The notes under the pieces are model-generated. The model saw only the letters and a program-made list of their open reading frames with translations, was not told the origin of the DNA and did no database searches. A stretch of DNA of 32,000 bases, taken from NCBI GenBank assembly GCA_038736825.1, contig JAVYME010000006.1:1-32000 (forward strand). Reading direction: 5' to 3'. The stretch is from Candidatus Iainarchaeum sp. (lineage in GTDB: Archaea > Iainarchaeota > Iainarchaeia > Iainarchaeales > DTGL01). Made by a program: the position numbers and the translations under genes. Below are positions 25,743 to 32,000 of the stretch, piece after piece (position 1 is the stretch's first letter; each line of letters begins with the position of its first letter).

Positions 25743-26693
25743 ATGCAAAAATGCGCTTTTGTTGTTACAAGGCAACAAATAGATGGTTATTTGAAATTAA
25801 TGCGTCCAATGGAGTGGAGCAAGAGCGCTGGCAACATGATTATTGCGGGCGTTATTGCGGCTTTCGCTTACCCTGGAATTGCTTCTTTTTTGTCGCTTGA
25901 ATTTGCAATGGGCTTGATTTCAGTTATTCTCTTGTGGTCTGGCTTGTATGCTTTGAATGATGTAATGGACTGGCAAGAGGATGCCCAGCACGCAGTTAAA
26001 AAGAAAAGACCAATTCCGGCTGGAATTGTTTCACCAAACGCTGCACTCACTTTTTCCTATTTATTGTTGTTTTTTTCTCTTGGCTTGGCGCTCTTATTGC
26101 ATAACTCTTTGTTCTTTTTATGTCTTTTGGCAATGTTCATAAACCAGATAATGTACACTTCTGAGCCTTTTTCTTTCAAAAAGAGACCGTTTTTGGACAT
26201 TATAAGCGGTTCTGTCATAAACCCTATTTTCAGGTTTTATTCTGGTTGGATTTTGCTGGTTGGCTCTTTCAATGCACCACTCTTGGCTTTAGTGTTTGTT
26301 GTTGGCTTGCAAGTTGGCGGTTATGGCTTGTATCGCTTGATGAGCATAGAGCATGAAAAAAAACTCGGGTATGCTGGAAGCATGACGCGCTTTAATGAAA
26401 GAGTGCTTAAATGGTTTTTTTATTTTGCAATCCTTGCCGGCGGCTTAGCATATTTTGCCATGTGCTTGAGCCCAATTCTTTTTGAGGGAAAGATTCTGCC
26501 AAGCCTTCCAGGTTCTGGCAGCCTGCCACCCAAATACAGTGTGCTAGGCATAGCCTCAATTTTGTTGTTTCCATTCTATTTGCCTTTTTTGAGAAAACCG
26601 GAAAAGGCGGCAATGGAAAAAGCCTACAAACTCCTTTATTTCCATTATCTCTTCTTTATAGGCGGTTTTTTGCTCTTGTACTTTTTGTTTTAA
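25743..26693 (+). CDS. UbiA-family prenyltransferase (archaeal DGGGP-synthase-like)
   Basis: The N-terminal GYLKLMRP is typical of the family. The first motif is NDVMDWQEDAQHAVKKKRPIPAG (N-D-x-x-D-x-x-x-D ... R-P-I-P-x-G). There are about 8 hydrophobic segments. Confidence 0.85.
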   Translation: MQKCAFVVTRQQIDGYLKLMRPMEWSKSAGNMIIAGVIAAFAYPGIASFLSLEFAMGLISVILLWSGLYALNDVMDWQEDAQHAVKKKRPIPAGIVSPNAALTFSYLLLFFSLGLALLLHNSLFFLCLLAMFINQIMYTSEPFSFKKRPFLDIISGSVINPIFRFYSGWILLVGSFNAPLLALVFVVGLQVGGYGLYRLMSIEHEKKLGYAGSMTRFNERVLKWFFYFAILAGGLAYFAMCLSPILFEGKILPSLPGSGSLPPKYSVLGIASILLFPFYLPFLRKPEKAAMEKAYKLLYFHYLFFIGGFLLLYFLF

Positions 26694-26819
26694 AAAAAAG
26701 CGTGGTTTTTCAATTCAAGAGCGAAAAAATTCACGACAAAGGCATTGTTGAAGAAAAACTTGACACAATCCAGCCCAATATTAAAAACGATAAAAGCAAA
26801 AACAAAACAACAAACACTA

Positions 26820-27332
26820 TTAGTGGAAGATTATTGCTGCCAAAACCGCTTTAAAAGTGCTGATTTCCTGAACATGTTTTACCAAAAGCACGCTCAATGC
26901 CATCCAGTAAAGGCCGGCTGCAACCAAAGCCAGAAAAGCTAGGGGTGTAATGCCGGCAAGCCCTGGAAAAAGCTTTACTAGAATTGAAAAAATTGAATGC
27001 AATAAAAGGATTGTGCCAGTAAAGGCTGCTTCCAAAGTGAAAATGGCTGCAAGGGTTGAATGAAACGCTTCCTTTCCCCCCAAAAACCTGCAAAAAACAA
27101 AAATAAGGGCATTGCCAAAAAAAACTGTTGCAAGAGACACAAAAAACCCAATAATTAAAAACAAAAAATCTATTTGCTTTGAAAGAAGAACCCCTTCAAG
27201 AAAGAAAGTTACAAGATGCCATGTCAAAAGAGCAAAAACAAAGCCAGCAATTGCTTTGCTTAGCTCGGTATTGTCAGTTGCAATTTGTTCTGGTTTTTTT
27301 TTTGTAAAAAACAATGTTAAGCCAGTCGCCAA
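26820..27332 (-). CDS. Polytopic membrane protein (possibly Yip1-domain type)
   Basis: 170-aa ORF with 5 hydrophobic segments. The only available start is TTG, so the start is uncertain. The family assignment is a weak impression. Confidence 0.6.
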   Translation of the reverse strand: MATGLTLFFTKKKPEQIATDNTELSKAIAGFVFALLTWHLVTFFLEGVLLSKQIDFLFLIIGFFVSLATVFFGNALIFVFCRFLGGKEAFHSTLAAIFTLEAAFTGTILLLHSIFSILVKLFPGLAGITPLAFLALVAAGLYWMALSVLLVKHVQEISTFKAVLAAIIFH

Positions 27333-27517
27333 AAACTGACACTCAAACTCCCCACAAAAATTCTCAAACTCTTGTTTTAGAGCTTTTTAAAGCCAATACT
27401 CTAAGGGCAATAGAGGTATTTAATTCTTTTTATTGCTTGAAATTTGCAGAAAAAAAGTTTTTTGCAATACTTTGCACTGAATTGGGGTTAAAAGAATATA
27501 AGTGTGCAAAAGCTGGC

Positions 27518-27562
27518 AAAAAAAACAGGGTTTTTAGTTTTGAGCGGAATGTCAACCCTGTT
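27518..27562 (-). terminator. Hairpin plus oligo-U terminator downstream of the small basic ORF
   Basis: The minus strand reads AACAGGGUU-(21-nt loop)-AACCCUGUU followed directly by a U run (plus-strand A8 at 27518-27525). It starts 15 nt after the stop at 27577. Confidence 0.55.
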
Positions 27563-27576
27563 TAATTTTTGAGCCT

Positions 27577-27708
27577 TTAAGTCTTGGCTCTTTCCCTCAA
27601 ATACTTGTGCTTGCGGTGTTTTCTGCGATACTTTTTTTTAGTCCACTTCCAGCGCTGTCTTGCCCTGGTTTTTTTAAAGCGCGATGAATCTTTTGCTCTT
27701 CTGCTCAC
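27577..27708 (-). CDS. Untracked 43-codon highly basic ORF
   Basis: GTG start. Translation: MSRRAKDSSRFKKTRARQRWKWTKKKYRRKHRKHKYLRERAKT. About half the residues are K/R/H. TTTATAAA lies about 47 nt upstream and GGGGA lies 5 nt upstream of the GTG. A hairpin plus U8 follows the stop. It is too short for the ORF track. Confidence 0.45.
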   Translation of the reverse strand: MSRRAKDSSRFKKTRARQRWKWTKKKYRRKHRKHKYLRERAKT

Positions 27709-27770
27709 AAAATCCCCAAAAACAATATTGCTTTCAATAAATTCGCTGAAACAAATTTATAAACATTGCG

Positions 27771-28148
27771 CTAAAAATCCTTTTTTTGCTTTTTTGCATA
27801 AAACGCTTTCAAAATGTCTTGTCCAAGCATTTGCTCGCACAAATCCATTTCCTCTCTTGAAGCCTCAAACTCCTCCAAAAACAATACAAACTCTTTAAAC
27901 CATTCCTTTTGAAAATGATAACAGCCATTCACTCCAACAATAAAGCCATTCAATTCCAGTTCTTCAAGCGCTGCAAGCAAGGAATTAAGGCTTGCGCTCG
28001 CACTCTTTTTTGAAACCAAATCCATTATCTGGCTTTTGTTCAAGCCTTCCTCTCTTGCAAGACAGGACAATGCCTCCCGAAAAGGGCTTTTTCCCAAATA
28101 TGACAAGAATTGAAGTTCTTCCATGACAATAACCAAAACACAATTCAT
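27771..28148 (-). CDS. Possible winged-helix DNA-binding protein
   Basis: LSYLGKSPFREALSCLAREEGLNKSQIMDLVSKKSASASLNSLLAALEELELNGFIVGV resembles an ArsR/MarR-type wHTH. TTTAAATAT abuts the ATG at 28148, so the real (leaderless) start may be the ATG at 28124 (MEELQFL..). Confidence 0.55.
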   Translation of the reverse strand: MNCVLVIVMEELQFLSYLGKSPFREALSCLAREEGLNKSQIMDLVSKKSASASLNSLLAALEELELNGFIVGVNGCYHFQKEWFKEFVLFLEEFEASREEMDLCEQMLGQDILKAFYAKKQKKDF

Positions 28149-28285
28149 ATATTTAAAGATTGCGGTTTCTCAAGCAAAGCATTTTAAATCCCAGAACAGC
28201 AATGTTTGCCATGCATTGGCTCAAGCCAAACAAAATAAAGCCCTGCTTGAAGGTTTTTCCATTGCAGGGTTTTTCTGAAACCGTT

Positions 28286-29167
28286 TTATTGCTTTTGGAA
28301 TGCGTTTTGCACTAGGTTTGGCTCGAATGCCTCTGGCACTTTGCCGGTTTTCGCATAAATGTATAATGCTGCGTTGAAAATGCCTTCAATGCTTGCTTTC
28401 AGTATGCTGAGAGCCAAAACATAAATTATGAAGACAACCAAGGCAATCATAATGAAAAGCGAGTTGCCTAAAACAATGGCTGGCACAATCAGCACAATGC
28501 CCCCAAAAAACATTAAAATGAAAAAAATAAAGCCAATTGAAGCACCGCCTACCACTTGTTCACCCCAGGTTTTCTTTAAGAGTTCGCCTGACCTCTTGAT
28601 TGCCTCAAAAGGCCCAATTCCTTCAAAAACCATTATGGGTACCACGAAAAAGGTTAAAAGGCTCCAAGCCATTCCCATTGCTGAAACCAGTATTTGGGCC
28701 AAAAAATTGCCTCCTCTTCCGTTCCTGCCTGAGGCTGCGTTTTGGAGGGTTTTAAGCAATAAACCGATTGTGGCGGCAATCAAAGCCCAAACAAAGATTT
28801 TGCCAATGTTTTTGAAGGCATTGTTCAAGCCGTCACTGACAGTTGGATCGCCGCCGTTCAATCTTATGTGCGCGCAAGTGATTAAACCGACATTGAAAAA
28901 AATAACTATAAAATAACTCAAAAAATAAAACGCAAAAAGTGATAAAATAAGGATTGGAGTGAGAGGGGAGTTTTCTTCAGTAACAGCAATGTTGCCGTAT
29001 TCGTCAGATGGCGGGGATAAAAGAACTATTGGAACAATAAAGGAAACCAGCAATAAAATTGTTGTTATTCCAGTAAGGACTGGGAAAAGCATTATCTCCT
29101 TGTCTTTTTTCAAAACCTCAAGGCTTGCCTTAATCAAATCAATGCTTCTGGAAATGCTTCCAAACAT
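28286..29167 (-). CDS. Multi-pass membrane protein (N-terminus resembles DUF6159-type proteins)
   Basis: Track ORF 28286..29173 starts at GTG, with an ATG at 29167. MFGSISRSIDLIKASLEVLKKDKEIMLFPVLTGITTILLLVSFIVP matches my recollection of that family. There are about 6 TM segments. A possible terminator hairpin (CCCTGC/GCAGGG) lies at 28241-28269. Confidence 0.7.
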   Translation of the reverse strand: MFGSISRSIDLIKASLEVLKKDKEIMLFPVLTGITTILLLVSFIVPIVLLSPPSDEYGNIAVTEENSPLTPILILSLFAFYFLSYFIVIFFNVGLITCAHIRLNGGDPTVSDGLNNAFKNIGKIFVWALIAATIGLLLKTLQNAASGRNGRGGNFLAQILVSAMGMAWSLLTFFVVPIMVFEGIGPFEAIKRSGELLKKTWGEQVVGGASIGFIFFILMFFGGIVLIVPAIVLGNSLFIMIALVVFIIYVLALSILKASIEGIFNAALYIYAKTGKVPEAFEPNLVQNAFQKQ

Positions 29168-29527
29168 TTTCACATCACCGCCAAAAATATAATTAATAAG
29201 TAAAGGTTAGGGGTTTTTTATTGTTTCGCTTTTAGGAAAGCACTTCGTTTTTTTTTTAATCCTTTTCAGCATAGAATGTAATTATATGCTGGCTTGAGCG
29301 CACGCAAGTTGAACCTTCAGTCAAGCGTTCCTTGAAAGAAGTAAAGCAAAATTTAAGGCAAATGAGTGGCATAATGGTTTCAGAAAAGTTTTACCTTTTT
29401 GCAAGAAACCCAGGGGGCAAGGGCATTGCTTGCAATGGGCTTGAATGCCCATTTTCTTCAAAAAAATTAGCCTTTTTTTGTGCACAGTCCTTCCTAAAGC
29501 AAAAAATTATATATAAGGTAGAATAAT

Positions 29528-31156
29528 ATGCCTATTGTGAAGAAATTAAAGTTTTTGTTTTTGACTGCAATTTTTTTGGCTTTTTTGCCAACAGTTTTTG
29601 GGGACTGCCTGGTTTTAGACCAGCAAGTGAAAAGCGGAGATAAAATCAAAACTGATTGCTTAAAGCTCACTGGTGCAAACACAGAGCTTTTCAAAAATGA
29701 CAGCGAGCTTTATTGCATTGGCTCGTCAGTTTATTTTGCCACAACCGTCCTCAACCCAGCAACCGGCAATATAGTTCAAGCATACAATTGCCAGTGCGAA
29801 GACAAGCAAGTCCACCACCCTTGGTTTGTGAGGTCTGAAATATCAATGCCGGTTTTTTCAAAGAAAAAAGTTTGCCCTGGAGAAAAAATCACTGTTTCCG
29901 TAGCGCCTTTTACAATCCAGTGCATTGATGGCGCGCTATCCTCTTTTTCGCCGGCTTTCCTTGTAGGCTACGAATTTGAGGGAAAGCCCCAAATTATTGG
30001 ACATAACTGCAATCATCTTTCCTCTAATGGTTGCAATTTAGTACCCCATTCACAGGGCGGGCAATCCATCACAATAACAATTCCGCAAAACCTTTCAAGC
30101 GAGAAAAAAATCAGGCTCTTCACTGCAATGCAGGCAAAATACGATTACCAGATAACGGCAAACTCTATGTCTTTGCCGATAGTCCACTGGCAAACAATAG
30201 AACTGGAATCAGACAACTATTTTGATTTTGCAACAGACAAGTTAACATATTGCAGGGATGACGCTGTACTGGTTACAGGCGAATCTGTTTGCTGTGGCTC
30301 TGTTGGTTCCACTGTTGAGATTGTATTGAAAGACAGTTCTGGGAAAAAAGTGAAAACTGTTTCAGTCCAAATAAAGGCAGACAACAGTTTTTCAGCCACA
30401 ATTCCCTTGAACAATAACCCGGCAGGCCAATACATTGTGAGCGCAAAAAGCACTGAGGGGGGCTGTTCTGCTGAAAGGCCCATAAATGTCATTGAATATT
30501 CCTCTTCCATTCTTTCCAATAACTTTTCCTTTGCCCCCAATTCGCCTGTAACAATTTCAGGTTCAACAGAGTGTTGTGCCAAACCATCGCAAAAAGCTAA
30601 CATCAAACTTTTAGACACAACCAAAAATGTTATATCCAGTGAAAGCGCTGTCATAAAAAACAATGGTTCTTTTGAAGCCACAATGCTTGTGCCGGGAAAA
30701 GCCGGTGAATACTTTGTTGTCGTCGATTTCCCTAATCCAGTGCCAGAATGCACTGGAAAAAGCTTAAAAGTGAGCGTCTATGACCCCTACATTATAACCT
30801 CGGTTGAGGCGGAAAACAGAGAGGAAGGCCAAAAGGCAAGAGTGAGGGTTTCCTGCAACAAGGAAATGCCTGTTTTATTGAAATTGTTCTCTGAACCGGT
30901 TGGCAAAAGCGAAGAATTGCTGGCAGAACAAAACTATCAATGCAATACCGGCTTTGTAGAGATTGGGCCAGAGCTTTCATCCGGAATATACCGCGTTGTT
31001 GCAATTTCAAAGATTGCCACTTGTGAAAAGTGCGAGGGCATAAAGCGCTTTGTTGTTTCAAAAGGAGTTGTTTTAGATGTGCCTGATTTCAGTCTTTTCC
31101 TTTTAGGGTTAATTCCGCTGAGCATTCTTTTTTTGACAAAAAAAAGGGAAAAATAA
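29528..31156 (+). CDS. Secreted surface protein with repeated Ig-like modules and C-terminal TM anchor
   Basis: Signal peptide FLFLTAIFLAFLPTVFG. Two similar modules are CCGSVGSTVEIVLKDSSGKKV...NSFSATIPL...AGQYIVSAKS and CCAKPSQKANIKLLDTTKNVI...GSFEATMLVPGKAGEYFVVVDF. The C-terminus is VPDFSLFLLGLIPLSILFLTKKREK. Confidence 0.88.
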   Translation: MPIVKKLKFLFLTAIFLAFLPTVFGDCLVLDQQVKSGDKIKTDCLKLTGANTELFKNDSELYCIGSSVYFATTVLNPATGNIVQAYNCQCEDKQVHHPWFVRSEISMPVFSKKKVCPGEKITVSVAPFTIQCIDGALSSFSPAFLVGYEFEGKPQIIGHNCNHLSSNGCNLVPHSQGGQSITITIPQNLSSEKKIRLFTAMQAKYDYQITANSMSLPIVHWQTIELESDNYFDFATDKLTYCRDDAVLVTGESVCCGSVGSTVEIVLKDSSGKKVKTVSVQIKADNSFSATIPLNNNPAGQYIVSAKSTEGGCSAERPINVIEYSSSILSNNFSFAPNSPVTISGSTECCAKPSQKANIKLLDTTKNVISSESAVIKNNGSFEATMLVPGKAGEYFVVVDFPNPVPECTGKSLKVSVYDPYIITSVEAENREEGQKARVRVSCNKEMPVLLKLFSEPVGKSEELLAEQNYQCNTGFVEIGPELSSGIYRVVAISKIATCEKCEGIKRFVVSKGVVLDVPDFSLFLLGLIPLSILFLTKKREK

Positions 31157-32000
31157 TGCTGCCAAAAAGAGTTTTTTTAGCCTTAATAGTGCTATTTGCT
31201 TTTTTTCCCCTGCCTGCTTGTGCTTGGAAAGAAGAGTTTTTTGCAGAAGGCCAGCTTTCAGCATCGCTTGACCGAAATTTTGCTCTTGCCGGCGAAACAT
31301 TGACAGCAAACCTTTTGATTGAAAACCTTTCAGGAGTGCCACTCTCTGAAGCATACCTGGTTGCCCAGCTTGTTCTTGAAAAAACCGCTTTAGGGCAGCC
31401 AAGGGAAAACATTGTATTGGAAACCATGAGCAAAAAATATTTTTTGAATGCAGGCGAGTCAAAGCCGGTTGAAATGAAGATTGCAATCCCAAAAAAAGCC
31501 AGTTCTGGCAGTTACAGGATTGACTTTTACCTTAAGACTCCGCGCTCCTTTATTGTCGGCATTCCCTTTATTTTCTTGAACCCTCACTCTGAAAGGCTTG
31601 AGGTCAAGAACAATGCGGTTTCCAGTGATGTCTTGATTGACAGAGAAAAAACCATTTTGTGCGGTGCACTGCCTGAAAAAAACTACGAGTATGGCTGTTA
31701 TCCCGGGCCTGTTGGCGTTGTCGGCAAGGCTGGGGAAAAAAACACGCTCAATCTTGCAATAAAAAACAATGGCTCCTTTTCTCAGCAGGTTTCACTCAAA
31801 ATAAGCTTTTACAGGTATGATGACACTGTTGAAGAAATGCTTTTGGCTGAAAAAACAGTCCAGGCAAAAACAGTCATTGGAGCAGGAGAAACAATTGAAC
31901 ACCCTGTTGAATTTTTTTATCCAGAAAAAGCGGGCGCTTATGCTTTGAGGCTCGAGGTTTTTGACAGCGAGGGCGAACTCCTTTCACTTTACAGGAGCAG
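31156..32000 (+). CDS. Secreted protein with CARDB/Ig-like repeats, partial (runs off the right edge)
   Basis: The ATG at 31156 overlaps the upstream stop (TAATG). The N-terminus is MLPKRVFLALIVLFAFFPLPACAW. Repeated beta-sandwich-like segments include TLTANLLIENLSGVPL.. and TLNLAIKNNGSFSQQVSLKISFY... The frame is open to the window end. It is absent from the track because it has no stop. Confidence 0.8.
   Translation, partial: MLPKRVFLALIVLFAFFPLPACAWKEEFFAEGQLSASLDRNFALAGETLTANLLIENLSGVPLSEAYLVAQLVLEKTALGQPRENIVLETMSKKYFLNAGESKPVEMKIAIPKKASSGSYRIDFYLKTPRSFIVGIPFIFLNPHSERLEVKNNAVSSDVLIDREKTILCGALPEKNYEYGCYPGPVGVVGKAGEKNTLNLAIKNNGSFSQQVSLKISFYRYDDTVEEMLLAEKTVQAKTVIGAGETIEHPVEFFYPEKAGAYALRLEVFDSEGELLSLYRS

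Noticed and set aside
27314-27898. Plus-strand track ORFs 27314..27565 and 27584..27898
   Set aside because: They have no promoter or SD context and low-complexity translations. They overlap the better-supported minus-strand unit (TATA, basic ORF, hairpin plus U8) and the 3' end of the wHTH gene.
28428-31492. Antisense ORFs 28428..28916 (+), 30217..30753 (-), 31089..31433 (-) and 31109..31492 (-)
   Set aside because: Each lies fully inside a longer ORF on the opposite strand that has a signal peptide, TM helices or repeated domains. Their translations lack any motif.

Overview
Archaeal window. Evidence: the 16S 5' end reads ATTCCAGCTGATCCTGCTGGAGG, the 515 and 915 regions are archaeal-type, tRNA-Ala sits in the rRNA spacer, and TATA-like boxes lie 22-35 nt upstream of most start codons. 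Layout: (i) 1-11249 is mainly a minus-strand run of secreted or anchored surface-protein genes: two tandem paralogues with Pro/Thr linkers, an Arg-rich unknown, a 1607-aa subtilisin-like (S8) protease with a ~1000-aa uncharacterised C-terminal extension preceded by a membrane-anchored helical partner, and a Cys-rich PKD protein. One plus-strand membrane protein closes the block. (ii) 11389-17038 is a minus-strand 16S - tRNA-Ala(UGC) - 23S operon. Its 16S gene is interrupted by a 749-nt bulge-helix-bulge (BHB) intron carrying a frameshifted double-motif LAGLIDADG homing endonuclease, inserted inside the 785F/806R universal primer site. The intron junctions and the 16S flanks fold into the same BHB geometry. 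(iii) 17641-19580 is a small accessory patch: a RelE/ParE-type toxin plus RHH-like antitoxin next to the rRNA promoter region, two basic orphan proteins, and a DUF2892-like membrane protein. (iv) 19650-32000 holds more surface proteins (one broken by a frameshift at an A8 run, one of 1297 aa), a UbiA-family prenyltransferase with a degenerate second Asp motif, polytopic membrane proteins, a possible wHTH regulator, and an untracked 43-codon highly basic ORF with its own TATA box and hairpin plus oligo-U terminator. This gene content is what I would expect of a DPANN-like small-genome archaeon, but that placement is inference only. I saw no CRISPR array, integrase, transposase, reverse transcriptase or recognisable defence system. 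RNA ends are +/-10-15 nt. Several start codons were moved from the ORF-track GTG/TTG to the nearest in-frame ATG.
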